Source: a virus. Taken from it: a stretch of 64,000 bases of DNA. The notes under the pieces are model-generated. The model saw nothing but the letters and a program-made list of their open reading frames with translations, was not told where the DNA came from and made no database searches. The stretch lies in the IMG/VR virus record IMGVR_UViG_3300039191_000589, positions 32,001 through 96,000 of that record; one strand, given 5' to 3'. The translations under genes were made by a program, and so were the position numbers. This document shows, one piece after another, positions 1-9,616 of this stretch; the stretch's first letter is position 1, and every line of letters starts with the position of its first letter.

Positions 1-393
1 CCAATTGTTCAAAATAAAATAATGGCTTATGCTTATATTTTAATGCATGAAGGGTATCCTACAGTCTTTTGGAAAGATTATTATAATTATAATTTAAAAC
101 ATAAAATTAATAAATTAATTTCACTACGTAAAAAATTTGCTAAAGGTAATACTGTAAATTTATTTTCTAGTACTGAGACTTATATTGCTCAACGAACTGG
201 TGATCCAGGGGTGATATTTGCATTAAATAATGGTCTTTTACATAAAAATTTTAATATTACAACTAAATGGAAAGATGTTATATTATATGATTATATTAAT
301 GATAAAGAAATCGGGAAAACTAATAAAGAGGGTCAAATTAATATTTTAATTCCACCCCAAGATTATATTATAGTAGCACCAAAAGAGGTTTAA
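1..393 (+). CDS. Alpha-amylase (GH13) C-terminal part, truncated at window start
   Basis: Frame is open from base 1; AYAYILMHEGYPTVFWKDYY resembles the last conserved region of bacterial/archaeal alpha-amylases, followed by a beta-sandwich-like C-domain. Confidence 0.7.
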   Translation, partial: PIVQNKIMAYAYILMHEGYPTVFWKDYYNYNLKHKINKLISLRKKFAKGNTVNLFSSTETYIAQRTGDPGVIFALNNGLLHKNFNITTKWKDVILYDYINDKEIGKTNKEGQINILIPPQDYIIVAPKEV

Positions 394-455
394 ATAATAA
401 ATATAATTATAAACATTTTATTATTTTTTATATATCTTATGGAAGGAGTATAAAA

Positions 456-599
456 ATGAAAAAAAATGAAGTAAAAAGAATATTAGAAAAGAAAAATAAA
501 TATGATAAAAAAAATAATATTCCTGAAAATAATGCTCCAACTACTAGTAATAAATATTTTGTTGAATTAGTTTCTTATATATTACAGGAGGTTGATTAA
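456..599 (+). CDS. Small hypothetical protein (47 aa), not in ORF track
   Basis: AAGGAG SD, then MKKNEVKRILEKK...YILQEVD*; stop abuts the next gene's ATG at 601. Confidence 0.6.
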   Translation: MKKNEVKRILEKKNKYDKKNNIPENNAPTTSNKYFVELVSYILQEVD

Positions 600-600
600 T

Positions 601-1506
601 ATGTCTAGTAAATTTTTAATTGTTGATGGTAATTCTTTATCTTGTAGAGCAGCTTTTGCCCATAATCCAAATTGGGGACCTGATTTGCATACCTCAAATG
701 GGAGAAAAACAGGGGCAACATATAGATTTATTAATATGTTTGATAGTCTTTTAAGAAAAGTAAGACCTACTCATATTATTGTAGGGTGGGATGTTAGTAG
801 TGAAACATTTCGTAAATCATTAGATGAAAATTATAAAGCTAATCGTAAACAATATGACAAAGATTTATATGAACAATTTAAAGATATTAAATCTATTTTA
901 GAAGCAATTGGTATTCATAATGTTGGTATAAGGGGTTATGAAGCTGATGATGTTTTAGGTACTTATGCAGAAAAATCTAAAGCACATAAAACTTTTATTG
1001 CTAGTGGTGATAAAGATATTTTTCAACTAGTTGATGGTAGCACTACTGTTTTATATCCTAAAAGTGGGTTTAGTAAAATGAAATTAGTTACACCTGAATA
1101 TATTATAAACGAATATGATATAGATCCTAGAAAATTTATTGATTTAAAAATGTTAATGGGTGATAATTCAGATAATATTCCTGGAATTAAAGGTTGCGGA
1201 CCAAAAACTGCTAAAAAGTTATTAAATTATTATAAAAATGCTGAGGAAGTAGCTGATAATGCTGAAACCATTGACGAAATAAAAGGAGTTACTAAAACAG
1301 CTAAAAAAGGTGCCATAGAATGGAAAAAAGATTTTGAAAAAATTAAGAAATTAGTTACTATTAGAAAAGATGTTGATGTTCCATATGATTTTGAAGAATG
1401 TAGAGTTAATTATGATTGGGATAATGCTAAAAATATTTTTGAAAAATTAGAATTTAAAAAACACCTTAATAAATTAAAGAAAGGTGGATTTTATGGCCAA
1501 AGGTAA
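601..1506 (+). CDS. 5'-3' exonuclease / flap endonuclease (PolI N-terminal domain-like)
   Basis: LIVDGNSL, YKANR, GYEADDVLGT, SGDKD, LMGDNSDNIPGIKGCGPKTA (H3TH) motifs; GGAGG SD favours the ATG at 601. Confidence 0.93.
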   Translation: MSSKFLIVDGNSLSCRAAFAHNPNWGPDLHTSNGRKTGATYRFINMFDSLLRKVRPTHIIVGWDVSSETFRKSLDENYKANRKQYDKDLYEQFKDIKSILEAIGIHNVGIRGYEADDVLGTYAEKSKAHKTFIASGDKDIFQLVDGSTTVLYPKSGFSKMKLVTPEYIINEYDIDPRKFIDLKMLMGDNSDNIPGIKGCGPKTAKKLLNYYKNAEEVADNAETIDEIKGVTKTAKKGAIEWKKDFEKIKKLVTIRKDVDVPYDFEECRVNYDWDNAKNIFEKLEFKKHLNKLKKGGFYGQR

Positions 1507-2092
1507 ATTATTTAATGAATCAAAAATTGTTAATTCTCAATCAAAACAACAAAAAAGTAAAATTGATAAAAATAAAAAAAATGATAAACCTAAAAATGAT
1601 TTAAATAATAAATCTAAAGATAATAATGATAATAATAACAATGATAATAATGAGTCTAAAAATAAAGACTTAAAAGAAAAAGAATATAAAGATAAAATTG
1701 ATATTAATATTGATAAAAATAAAAAAAGACCTAAAAAAAATAATTCATATTTAAATACTGTTGAAGATTTTAAAAAAAATCAACAAAATAAATCAAATAA
1801 AATAAATAATAATGATAATAATCAAAATACTAATAAAGATGTTATTAATAAAGAAAAAAATAAAACTACAAATAAAAAAAATAATTCATTAAAACAAAAT
1901 AGAATAGAAAAGATGGTTAATAATGAAAAAAATAAAATAAATGATTTAGAAATAGAAATTCAATTACATTTAAAATTAATAAAAGATACAGGTGATAGAT
2001 CAAAGAAGGAATTATACCAAACTAAAATTGATAGATTCAGAGAAGATTTAGAATATCATAAAAAGAGATTGTATTTTTTAGAAAAAATGTAA
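1493..2092 (+). CDS. Hypothetical K/N-rich low-complexity protein with C-terminal coiled coil
   Basis: ORF track; start moved to the ATG after AAGGTGG. Confidence 0.6.
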   Translation: MAKGKLFNESKIVNSQSKQQKSKIDKNKKNDKPKNDLNNKSKDNNDNNNNDNNESKNKDLKEKEYKDKIDINIDKNKKRPKKNNSYLNTVEDFKKNQQNKSNKINNNDNNQNTNKDVINKEKNKTTNKKNNSLKQNRIEKMVNNEKNKINDLEIEIQLHLKLIKDTGDRSKKELYQTKIDRFREDLEYHKKRLYFLEKM

Positions 2093-2101
2093 TTATTTAA
2101 T

Positions 2102-2128
2102 ACTCAGAGCAATTGCTCTGAGTTTTTT
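2102..2128 (+). terminator. Intrinsic terminator
   Basis: Perfect 22-bp palindrome ACTCAGAGCAATTGCTCTGAGT followed by T-run. Confidence 0.85.
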
Positions 2129-2190
2129 ATTATATAAAAGAATATTTTTTTTATTAGTATAATAGAAATATAATAAAGAGGTGTTAATAT

Positions 2191-2886
2191 ATGGCTGAAG
2201 GTAAGGTACATAAACATTTAAAACAAGTTGCGTTAAGATGGCTTAAATTTAAAGTAACTGATCTTGTAGGAGCCGAAGTAAAATTCCATAATGCTTATTC
2301 AGTGGCTGATGCGGCAGGAGTAAATTTAAAAAGAAAAGAAGTTAGAATAATTGAGGTTAAATCATCAAAAGCAGATTTAAAAAGAGATGATAAATTATTT
2401 AAAAAACCAACTTCCTATTACTATCATGCTCATTATTCATATATCATGTGTCCTGAAGGGGTATTGGATAAAAATGATATACCTAAATATTTTGGTTTAT
2501 TATATGTTGATGATTATGATAATGTTGAAGTTATTAAAAATCCAACAAAAAATAAAGGTAGATTAAAAACATATTTTAAAACAACTTTAAGAAGAACTGC
2601 AAGAGCTTTAACTAATGATAAAATATTTAGTAAAGAAAACATTGAATCATATGATAGAACAAATGGCCACTATAAACGAAAGGCTAAATTATGGTTAATT
2701 AGAACTCGTTGTCCTGATTGTAAGAAACATCCAAAAATATTAATTCATGAAGATAATACTAATATTGTAGAATGTCCTAAATGTGGTACTGAAATAGACT
2801 TAGATAAAGCTAAAGTTAATAAAGTGAGTGGTTATAATAAAAAATTTATTAAACAAGCTAATAATCTAATAGATGGTGATAATTAA
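2191..2886 (+). CDS. MmcB-like PD-(D/E)xK nuclease with C-terminal zinc ribbon
   Basis: HKHLK..ALRWL, AEV, ADAAG, IIEVKSSKADLKRD, YIMCPEG..IP.YFGLL; CPDC/CPKC pairs. Confidence 0.7.
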   Translation: MAEGKVHKHLKQVALRWLKFKVTDLVGAEVKFHNAYSVADAAGVNLKRKEVRIIEVKSSKADLKRDDKLFKKPTSYYYHAHYSYIMCPEGVLDKNDIPKYFGLLYVDDYDNVEVIKNPTKNKGRLKTYFKTTLRRTARALTNDKIFSKENIESYDRTNGHYKRKAKLWLIRTRCPDCKKHPKILIHEDNTNIVECPKCGTEIDLDKAKVNKVSGYNKKFIKQANNLIDGDN

Positions 2887-3311
2887 TGAAAAGATTAATA
2901 AAAAAAGCATCAAATGTATGGGTTGGAGAACCTGAAGTAAGGTTAGATGAAGGTCCATCAGGATGGGAAGCAGGAGCTTATGATGTTACATGTATGAAAC
3001 AAGGGGAAATAAAAATAGATGCTCTTAAGGGTATTCCTGGGGCTAATGGAGAGAATCGACAATGGCATAAACGTGATGGAAAAGAATATTTTGGTAATTA
3101 TTCAAAAGAAGAATGGGAAGAATTTAAAAATGATTTAGAACAAAATGGAATGAAATATCCTATTTTTATTACAGTTGATAAAGATGGCACTATTTTAATG
3201 AGTGAAGGAAATCATAGAATGGAAGCGGCTAAACAATTAGAATGGGATTCAGTTCCTGTTGAAATTAAATATTTTGGAAATTCCCAACAAGATGTTCATA
3301 AATTTGATTAA
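2886..3311 (+). CDS. ParB/Srx-like domain protein with MKRLIKKA leader
   Basis: LEQNGMKYPIFI...EGNHRMEAAKQL...VPV ParB-N motif; paralog of 9156..9602. Confidence 0.75.
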   Translation: MKRLIKKASNVWVGEPEVRLDEGPSGWEAGAYDVTCMKQGEIKIDALKGIPGANGENRQWHKRDGKEYFGNYSKEEWEEFKNDLEQNGMKYPIFITVDKDGTILMSEGNHRMEAAKQLEWDSVPVEIKYFGNSQQDVHKFD

Positions 3312-3325
3312 GGAGGAAATTAGTA

Positions 3326-3820
3326 ATGAATAAACTAAAACAATTACAAGATACTATTAAACATAAAAATAATGTTATTGAGATTGGTACTCAATTATCA
3401 CAAAAATTAATGCAGATAGGACATGAAAAATTGTCATTAAAATTATTAGAAAGAATTTATAATCATGACAATACTAAATTTTCAAATCGAGAATTTTATG
3501 GATTAGCAGACAATGTTCATGATAAAAGATCATTAAAAAATGTTAATGAAGATCAAATTGCTAAAGAAGAAAAGATGAAATTCATTAAATTTCATTGGTT
3601 TTCTAATAAACACCATCCAGAATATTATAGTGATGTTAATGATATGAAATTATTAGATATTTTAGAAATGTGTTGTGATTGGTATGCGCGAAGTAAAGAA
3701 TTTGATAATGATCCAATAGAATTTTTTAATAAAAAACAAGGTACTCGATGGAATTTTAATAAGGAAATGCAAGAAACAATAATAAAACATTTAAGAGCTT
3801 TAAAATCTTTAGATAAGTAA
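3326..3820 (+). CDS. DUF5662-like HD-fold protein
   Basis: HDNTKFS, HWFSNKHHPEY, MKLLDILEMCCDWYA motif series. Confidence 0.7.
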   Translation: MNKLKQLQDTIKHKNNVIEIGTQLSQKLMQIGHEKLSLKLLERIYNHDNTKFSNREFYGLADNVHDKRSLKNVNEDQIAKEEKMKFIKFHWFSNKHHPEYYSDVNDMKLLDILEMCCDWYARSKEFDNDPIEFFNKKQGTRWNFNKEMQETIIKHLRALKSLDK

Positions 3821-3827
3821 TTTTTTT

Positions 3828-3856
3828 AAAAGGGTGAAAACCCTTTTATTTTTTTT
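3828..3856 (+). terminator. Intrinsic terminator
   Basis: AAAAGGGT-GAAA-ACCCTTTT hairpin plus T-rich tail. Confidence 0.8.
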
Positions 3857-3865
3857 AAAAAATTA

Positions 3866-3894
3866 TTTACTTTTTTTGTTATGTATGATATAAT
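3866..3894 (+). promoter_or_regulatory. Sigma-A-type (early) promoter with extended -10
   Basis: TTTACT-17 nt-TATAAT with TG at the extended position; same design at 38469 and 49435. Confidence 0.75.
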
Positions 3895-3926
3895 ATTAAT
3901 GTAACAAAATAAAAGGAGGTAGATAA

Positions 3927-4202
3927 GTGAATAAATATAATGTTACAGTTAATAATGATTATGATATTGGTTATTATATTGTTATAGAAGATAATAATAG
4001 TGTTAAAGCATGTTATGATAATGAAATAGCTAGTTTATTAAATATATCTATTGATAAATACAAAAAAGAGTTAAAAAAATTTAATTATATAAGTAATAAT
4101 GGAGAATCTTATTTTAAAAATAAAAAAGATGCTTTAAATGCATCAAAACGAATTCAGGATATATTAATAATGAGTATATTAACTGTATCTGAAAGGAGTT
4201 AA
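3927..4202 (+). CDS. Hypothetical protein
   Basis: AAGGAGGT SD, GTG start, downstream of predicted promoter. Confidence 0.75.
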   Translation: MNKYNVTVNNDYDIGYYIVIEDNNSVKACYDNEIASLLNISIDKYKKELKKFNYISNNGESYFKNKKDALNASKRIQDILIMSILTVSERS

Positions 4203-4207
4203 TAATT

Positions 4208-4942
4208 ATGATAGCAGAAAAATTAAGAAAATTTCAACGTCAAGAACTAATAAAAAAAATAGAAGATGAAATAAAAGATCATATAGCTTACAATAATTCA
4301 AAAATTCCAAGACATAAACAGCGTATAGAATTTTTTGATGAAAAAGTTAATATATATAAAAATATATTATTAGAAAATAAATCTGTTGAAGATGTTTATA
4401 ATTTTGTTAAAGATTTTTCCCATAAAAAAAATTTTAAAAATATAATTTTAAAAAAAATTAAACAGGATTATTTTAAAAAAGCTACTAAGGAAGATTATAT
4501 AAAATGGTTAAATGGTTATTTAGAAGATCAAAATAATGATCCTACTAAATATTTTCATTATGATTTTAATGCGGATAACCATATAGATCCAACCTTTTAT
4601 ATAGCTACAAAAGATATACCTATTTTATGTTTTTATGGAGTAGGACAATTTAACCTTATAGTACCTAAAGGAATTAACGTTGAAACTAAATATGGAACTG
4701 GGCATTGTAATTTATATTTTATGGGAGATTATCAAAATGTTGGAGATGTTCCAATATATAAAGATATTATAGAAGATATAGAAGAAAAAGAAAAATCTGG
4801 ATTAGATAAAATATCCAATAATAAAAAAAGAAAAATATTTATGTTACATAATAACAAAGAAAATAAAAATATTGATAATTCTTGGTTACATTTTATATCA
4901 AAAATACCTTTTATAAAAAAATATATTAAAAAGAGAGAATAA
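4208..4942 (+). CDS. Hypothetical protein
   Basis: ORF with AAGGAG SD. Confidence 0.7.
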   Translation: MIAEKLRKFQRQELIKKIEDEIKDHIAYNNSKIPRHKQRIEFFDEKVNIYKNILLENKSVEDVYNFVKDFSHKKNFKNIILKKIKQDYFKKATKEDYIKWLNGYLEDQNNDPTKYFHYDFNADNHIDPTFYIATKDIPILCFYGVGQFNLIVPKGINVETKYGTGHCNLYFMGDYQNVGDVPIYKDIIEDIEEKEKSGLDKISNNKKRKIFMLHNNKENKNIDNSWLHFISKIPFIKKYIKKRE

Positions 4943-4969
4943 TTTTATTAATAGGAAGGGGTAAATAAT

Positions 4970-5698
4970 ATGCGTGTAATAGTAGCAGGGACAAGATCTT
5001 TTAATGATTATAATTTATTAAAAAAAGTATTGAATAATAAATTAAAAAAATATAATGATCTTACAATCTTATGTGGCTGTGCTCAAGGGGCAGATACATT
5101 AGGTAAAAGATGGACTAAAGAAAATGGATATAAAGTTGAAGAATATCCAGCAAAATGGGATGATTTTGGTAAAAAAGCTGGTTATATAAGAAATGAAAAG
5201 ATGGCAAAAAATGCAGATGCTTTAATTGCTTTTTGGGATGAAAAATCAAAAGGTACAAAGCATATGATTAATTTTGCTACAGAATATAATTTAAATATTA
5301 AAGTAATTAAATATAAAAATAAATCAAAAATTTATCTTTCAAGTCTATCTAAATCTAAAAACTTACCAGATAATGTAATTAAATTATTTATTGCTAGGCA
5401 ACCTATTAAAAATATGGGTAAATATGATTTAAAACATGTTACTGAATTAGCCCCTTCAAAAGAATTATTATATGATTATAAAGGGGATAAAATTACTTGG
5501 AAAGAATATGTTGATTTATATCGTGAAGAAATGAGATCAATAAATGCTAGAAAAATGTTAAATAAAATTATTGATTATTTAGATATGTGTAATGATATTG
5601 CTTTAATTTGCTATTGTGGTAGTTCTTCTAATTGTCATCGTAATATAGTAGGAAATTATTTTAAAGAGATAGGTAAAGAAGTTATTAATTTTGAATGA
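4970..5698 (+). CDS. SLOG (YspA/DUF2493-like) domain fused to DUF488/YeaO-like domain
   Basis: N-half VIVAGTRSFNDY, GCAQGADTLG, AGYIRNEKMA, IAFWDEKSKGT; C-half LAPSKELL, WKEYVDLYREEM, ALICYC...CHR. Confidence 0.8.
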   Translation: MRVIVAGTRSFNDYNLLKKVLNNKLKKYNDLTILCGCAQGADTLGKRWTKENGYKVEEYPAKWDDFGKKAGYIRNEKMAKNADALIAFWDEKSKGTKHMINFATEYNLNIKVIKYKNKSKIYLSSLSKSKNLPDNVIKLFIARQPIKNMGKYDLKHVTELAPSKELLYDYKGDKITWKEYVDLYREEMRSINARKMLNKIIDYLDMCNDIALICYCGSSSNCHRNIVGNYFKEIGKEVINFE

Positions 5699-5722
5699 TA
5701 TTTCTAAGAAAGGAGGGTAAAA

Positions 5723-6565
5723 ATGATAGAAAAAGAATTGGGAAAAGAGATAAGTATTAAATATGAATATGAAAATATTGAATCAATATTAAATAATTTA
5801 AAACAAGAATTAAATAAAATAAATTATAATATTCAAGAAGTTAATAATAAAATAAAAAGAATAATTAATTCTGAAAAATATATAGCGGCATTATTTTATT
5901 TATTAATTGATTATAAATCTCTTTTTAATAAATTTAAGGATGATATAATTAAAGCATGTCATAATAACCCCCTTAGTGCAGTTCAAATTCTTAGCGAATA
6001 TCAAATTATAAATTTAGATGTACTAATTAATATTAATAAAGATGAATTACAATTATTACAATCTACAGATAATTATAAAAATATTATAAAAAAATATAGA
6101 ACAAAATTAATCCATATTATATCTCAAGATCCTGAATGTGCTTATAAATTTATTAGAGAATGTAAAGATAATGTTGAAAGACAATGTTTATTAAACTCAA
6201 TTTTAAAATCAGATACGTATTCTTTTAAGCTTAGAAAATTATTATTAATTAATTTAGATAGCCATAAAAAACAACAATTAACTACTATATGTTGTGGTAA
6301 TGATTATTATATTATGAAATTAATTGAAGCCCATAGGTATTCTTATATTAAATTAAATAATATTGAAAAATGGATTATTATTGATCGTATAATAGAATTG
6401 CAAGATAATAAATTAGCTGAAATAGCATATCATAAAGGTAATTTAGATTTATCACAGGAATTAAAAGAAAAATTAGAACCATTATTAATTATGAATAAAT
6501 TAAATAAAACTAAAAAAAATAAAGAAAAATTTATTAATTATAAAATAAAATTTATTAATTTTTAA
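5723..6565 (+). CDS. Hypothetical alpha-helical protein
   Basis: ORF with AGGAGG SD. Confidence 0.65.
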   Translation: MIEKELGKEISIKYEYENIESILNNLKQELNKINYNIQEVNNKIKRIINSEKYIAALFYLLIDYKSLFNKFKDDIIKACHNNPLSAVQILSEYQIINLDVLININKDELQLLQSTDNYKNIIKKYRTKLIHIISQDPECAYKFIRECKDNVERQCLLNSILKSDTYSFKLRKLLLINLDSHKKQQLTTICCGNDYYIMKLIEAHRYSYIKLNNIEKWIIIDRIIELQDNKLAEIAYHKGNLDLSQELKEKLEPLLIMNKLNKTKKNKEKFINYKIKFINF

Positions 6566-6573
6566 ATAAAAAA

Positions 6574-6597
6574 AAGGAAGAGAATCTTCTCTTCCTT
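6574..6597. terminator. Hairpin terminator between convergent genes
   Basis: AAGGAAGAGAA-TC-TTCTCTTCCTT; the A-run on its left gives a U-tail for the minus-strand gene. Confidence 0.8.
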
Positions 6598-7036
6598 AAT
6601 CTATTATTCTTAAATGTTGATTATTTTTTACCATTGTTTCATGAATATCTTCTAACCATTGCTCCCATTTATCATTTTCCTGCCATGCAGTAATAGAATT
6701 ATTTTCTAATCCTGATTTTATATCAATTATATTTTTTGGTTTAATTTTTTTTGGGTATAAAAAATCATATCCATTAATACATTTTATACATTTGCTTTGT
6801 TTTACTTTAACTGTTAAAATAGAAATTTTATTATTATGCAACCATCCTCCATATTCTATTGCTTTCTCAATGTTATTTGTTAAAAATATTACTCCATTGT
6901 GGTCTGGCCAACATTCTTTAGGTATATCATTATTATACCTAGAATTATAAGATGGAATCAATCCTTTCTTTAAAATTGAATTAATATTATAATCTGGGGT
7001 GCCATGATAAAGAATTTTAGTGTTATTGTTACTCAT
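6596..7036 (-). CDS. Putative ADP-ribosyltransferase-fold protein (Tpt1/KptA-like)
   Basis: LYHGT...SILKKGLIP...IFLT.NIEKAIEYG pattern; GGAGG SD on the minus strand; the only convincing minus-strand gene. Confidence 0.65.
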   Translation of the reverse strand: MSNNNTKILYHGTPDYNINSILKKGLIPSYNSRYNNDIPKECWPDHNGVIFLTNNIEKAIEYGGWLHNNKISILTVKVKQSKCIKCINGYDFLYPKKIKPKNIIDIKSGLENNSITAWQENDKWEQWLEDIHETMVKNNQHLRIID

Positions 7037-7159
7037 ATAAATCCCTCCTAATATATTGTTAATATATTATATTCGACTATTATTAAAATATTACTTTAAA
7101 AAATAAAAAAATTCTTTTTATAATATATATATAATAAATAATACAGGGGGTTTACTTAT

Positions 7160-7837
7160 ATGATAGGTAAATTAATTACAATAGAAGGTATTGATGGATC
7201 TGGTAAAAAAACCCAAACTAATCTAATAAAACAATATTTAGAATCTAAAGGAAAAAAAGTTAAAGTTATTGAGTTTCCTAGGTATAAAACTGAAGTAGGT
7301 AAAGTTATAGCTAATTATTTAAAAGGTGATTATGGAAAATTAAATGAAGTACCTAATGAATTGATTTGTATTGCATATGCTTCAGATAGGGCAGGAATGT
7401 CTAGTAAAATTAGAAGATTACTTAATGATGGTTATTATGTAATTGCTGATAGGTATACATATTCTAATTTATTTACAGCTGCAAAATTACCTAAAGATCA
7501 ACAATATAATTTTATAAAATGGATTGAAAAAATGGAATTTAAGAGTTTAAATATAGTAAAACCTGATTATAATTTTTATTTATATCTTGATCCTGAAATA
7601 GCTTATAAAAGAATAAATCAAAGAGGTAAACGTGATTATCAAGATGGAAAGGATGATATTCATGAACAAGATATTAACTTTTTATCTGATGTCACTGAAT
7701 GTTATTTCAATATTGCTAAAGATAATCCAAAATGGAATATTATTAATCAAATACAAAATAATAAACAATTATCAAAAAACCAAATTTTTAATAAAATAAA
7801 AAAACATTTAGATAAAATAATTAAAGAAGGTGAATAA
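7160..7837 (+). CDS. tmk: Thymidylate kinase
   Basis: LITIEGIDGSGKKTQ P-loop, FPRY, IADRY, PD..FYL. Confidence 0.93.
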   Translation: MIGKLITIEGIDGSGKKTQTNLIKQYLESKGKKVKVIEFPRYKTEVGKVIANYLKGDYGKLNEVPNELICIAYASDRAGMSSKIRRLLNDGYYVIADRYTYSNLFTAAKLPKDQQYNFIKWIEKMEFKSLNIVKPDYNFYLYLDPEIAYKRINQRGKRDYQDGKDDIHEQDINFLSDVTECYFNIAKDNPKWNIINQIQNNKQLSKNQIFNKIKKHLDKIIKEGE

Positions 7838-8238
7838 TGATGTTTTTAGAAATAATTTATCAAATGTTTCATTGGGCATGTAAAATGATTTTTATTATAA
7901 GTTTTTTAAGTGTATTATATGAATTAATGTACCCTGTTAAAGAAGAAGGAGTAATAGAATTAACTAAAGATGGAAATCAATATAAAGTTTGTTTTATGGA
8001 AATAAGGTGGGATAAAAAATTGCAAAAAGTACCATTATTAATATTAGGGGATAAATCTTTAAATGTTACTTTTATTAAATTTCCAACTTTACATCCCGTA
8101 ATAAAAGAACAACATAAATATAAAATTTTAAATAAAAATGAATATACTGTTATTAAAAGGTTTCCTGATCAAATTAATGAAAACATAAAAGCATTATTTT
8201 TTATATCAGCCATTTCAGGATTATTATTAATATTTTAA
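7837..8238 (+). CDS. Hypothetical membrane protein
   Basis: Hydrophobic N- and C-terminal segments. Confidence 0.6.
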   Translation: MMFLEIIYQMFHWACKMIFIISFLSVLYELMYPVKEEGVIELTKDGNQYKVCFMEIRWDKKLQKVPLLILGDKSLNVTFIKFPTLHPVIKEQHKYKILNKNEYTVIKRFPDQINENIKALFFISAISGLLLIF

Positions 8239-8267
8239 AGCCACTTTAAGGTGGCTTTTTTTATTTT
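8237..8267 (+). terminator. Intrinsic terminator
   Basis: AAAGCCAC-TTTAAG-GTGGCTTT plus T-run. Confidence 0.8.
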
Positions 8268-8325
8268 TAATTATAATTATATTTTATAAGGATATTTAAT
8301 TAATAAAGATTATAGGAGTGATTTA

Positions 8326-8928
8326 ATGAAAAGGTTAATAAAAAAGTCAAAACATGGTATTGAAAATAGAGATGAAGCATTAACTTACATAGATGGAGAA
8401 ATATATACTGGCCCTAACCATCCTAGGATGATTGATGAATTTTTAAAAGAAAACAAAAAACAAGGGAGAAAAATAATAGAAGATTTTATAGGCAATTTCG
8501 GTCTTGATGATGAAGAAGCTCAAATACTATTAGATAAATTTGAAGATTTAGGAAGAGTTCCATCAAATGTATTATCAGCTTATAATGAATTTGAAAGATC
8601 ATCTGATTATTATCAAGAATTAGGTGATGTTCCATTAGGATTTGGACATATTGTAGAAGATGATAATGCGATATATATTGAAAAAGATTCAATTCAAAAT
8701 GTTGATTTTAATACTATAATTAATGAAATAAAAAATAATTATCCTGATTATAATGTTTATGATGATAGTAGTTATTCTAATTATGGTGGTACTCCTGAAG
8801 ATTATACTAAAGTTGCCAGCAAACAATTAATAAAACAAGCTGCTTATGTATATTGTCGTAATTGTAATTGGAGCCAAGATGATTTTTGGAGTGAATCATA
8901 TAATCCATTGAGGTATTTATTAAATTGA
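8326..8928 (+). CDS. MKRLIKKS-leader protein, 'RDxAxTYxDGE' paralog family; probably continues through TGA into 8935..9144
   Basis: Paralogous to 11629 and 33221; internal second leader KQLIKQA precedes a CRNC motif. Confidence 0.75.
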   Translation: MKRLIKKSKHGIENRDEALTYIDGEIYTGPNHPRMIDEFLKENKKQGRKIIEDFIGNFGLDDEEAQILLDKFEDLGRVPSNVLSAYNEFERSSDYYQELGDVPLGFGHIVEDDNAIYIEKDSIQNVDFNTIINEIKNNYPDYNVYDDSSYSNYGGTPEDYTKVASKQLIKQAAYVYCRNCNWSQDDFWSESYNPLRYLLN

Positions 8929-8934
8929 GAAGAT

Positions 8935-9144
8935 ATGTTATTAAATGAAGATTTAGAAGAGCAATTTACAGATGATTGTAATTTTATTGATCAATATGGA
9001 AATTTAAGTAAAAAAGAAGTAATTATAAAAGAATTAAATGATGCTATTAATAAAATTAAAAAAATGGAATATAAAAATGAAAAACAATTAAAAAAGAATG
9101 ATAATAGATGCCCACAATGTGGAGAAAAATTAACTAGAGATTAA
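8935..9144 (+). CDS. In-frame continuation of the upstream ORF (second half of a CxxC...CxxC domain)
   Basis: Same frame as 8326, separated only by TGA GAA GAT; carries CPQC. Confidence 0.5.
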   Translation: MLLNEDLEEQFTDDCNFIDQYGNLSKKEVIIKELNDAINKIKKMEYKNEKQLKKNDNRCPQCGEKLTRD

Positions 9145-9155
9145 AGGGGGATTAT

Positions 9156-9602
9156 ATGAAAAGATTAATAAAGAAAAGTGAAAATTCTCAATATACTGGA
9201 GCTAAATTAATAACAGTTGAAGATGATTATTTGGATGAAGTACCTGAAGATAAAGTTAAAGATACTCATGTTACTAGAGTATTAGAAGGGGTAATTGATG
9301 TTTTTGATATAATGGATTTTCCAGGTGCTAATGGTGAGGATAGAGATTGGCATTTTAATGGTGATCAAGCATATTTTGGTACCTATACAGAAGAAGAATG
9401 GTATGATTTTTTAGATGATATAGAACAAAATGGTATTAAAAAGAAGGTTTTTCTTAAGGTATTTCCTAATGGTGATATAAAAGTTATAGAAGGAAATCAT
9501 AGAATAAAAGCAGCATTACATCTTAATATTAGAAAAGTACCAATAATGATTAAATATTTTGGCAATTCACAAAAATTTGTAGATTATTTTGATAAACCAT
9601 AA
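9156..9602 (+). CDS. ParB/Srx-like domain protein with MKRLIKKS leader
   Basis: PGANGEDRDWH, IEQNGI, EGNHRIKAA, KYFGNSQ shared with 2886..3311. Confidence 0.75.
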   Translation: MKRLIKKSENSQYTGAKLITVEDDYLDEVPEDKVKDTHVTRVLEGVIDVFDIMDFPGANGEDRDWHFNGDQAYFGTYTEEEWYDFLDDIEQNGIKKKVFLKVFPNGDIKVIEGNHRIKAALHLNIRKVPIMIKYFGNSQKFVDYFDKP

Positions 9603-9616
9603 AAAGAGGTTTAAAA

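Noticed and set aside
4160-6520. Shared C-terminal motif (DILIMSIL in 3927, PLLIMNKL in 5723)
   Set aside because: Only two weak instances; could be chance
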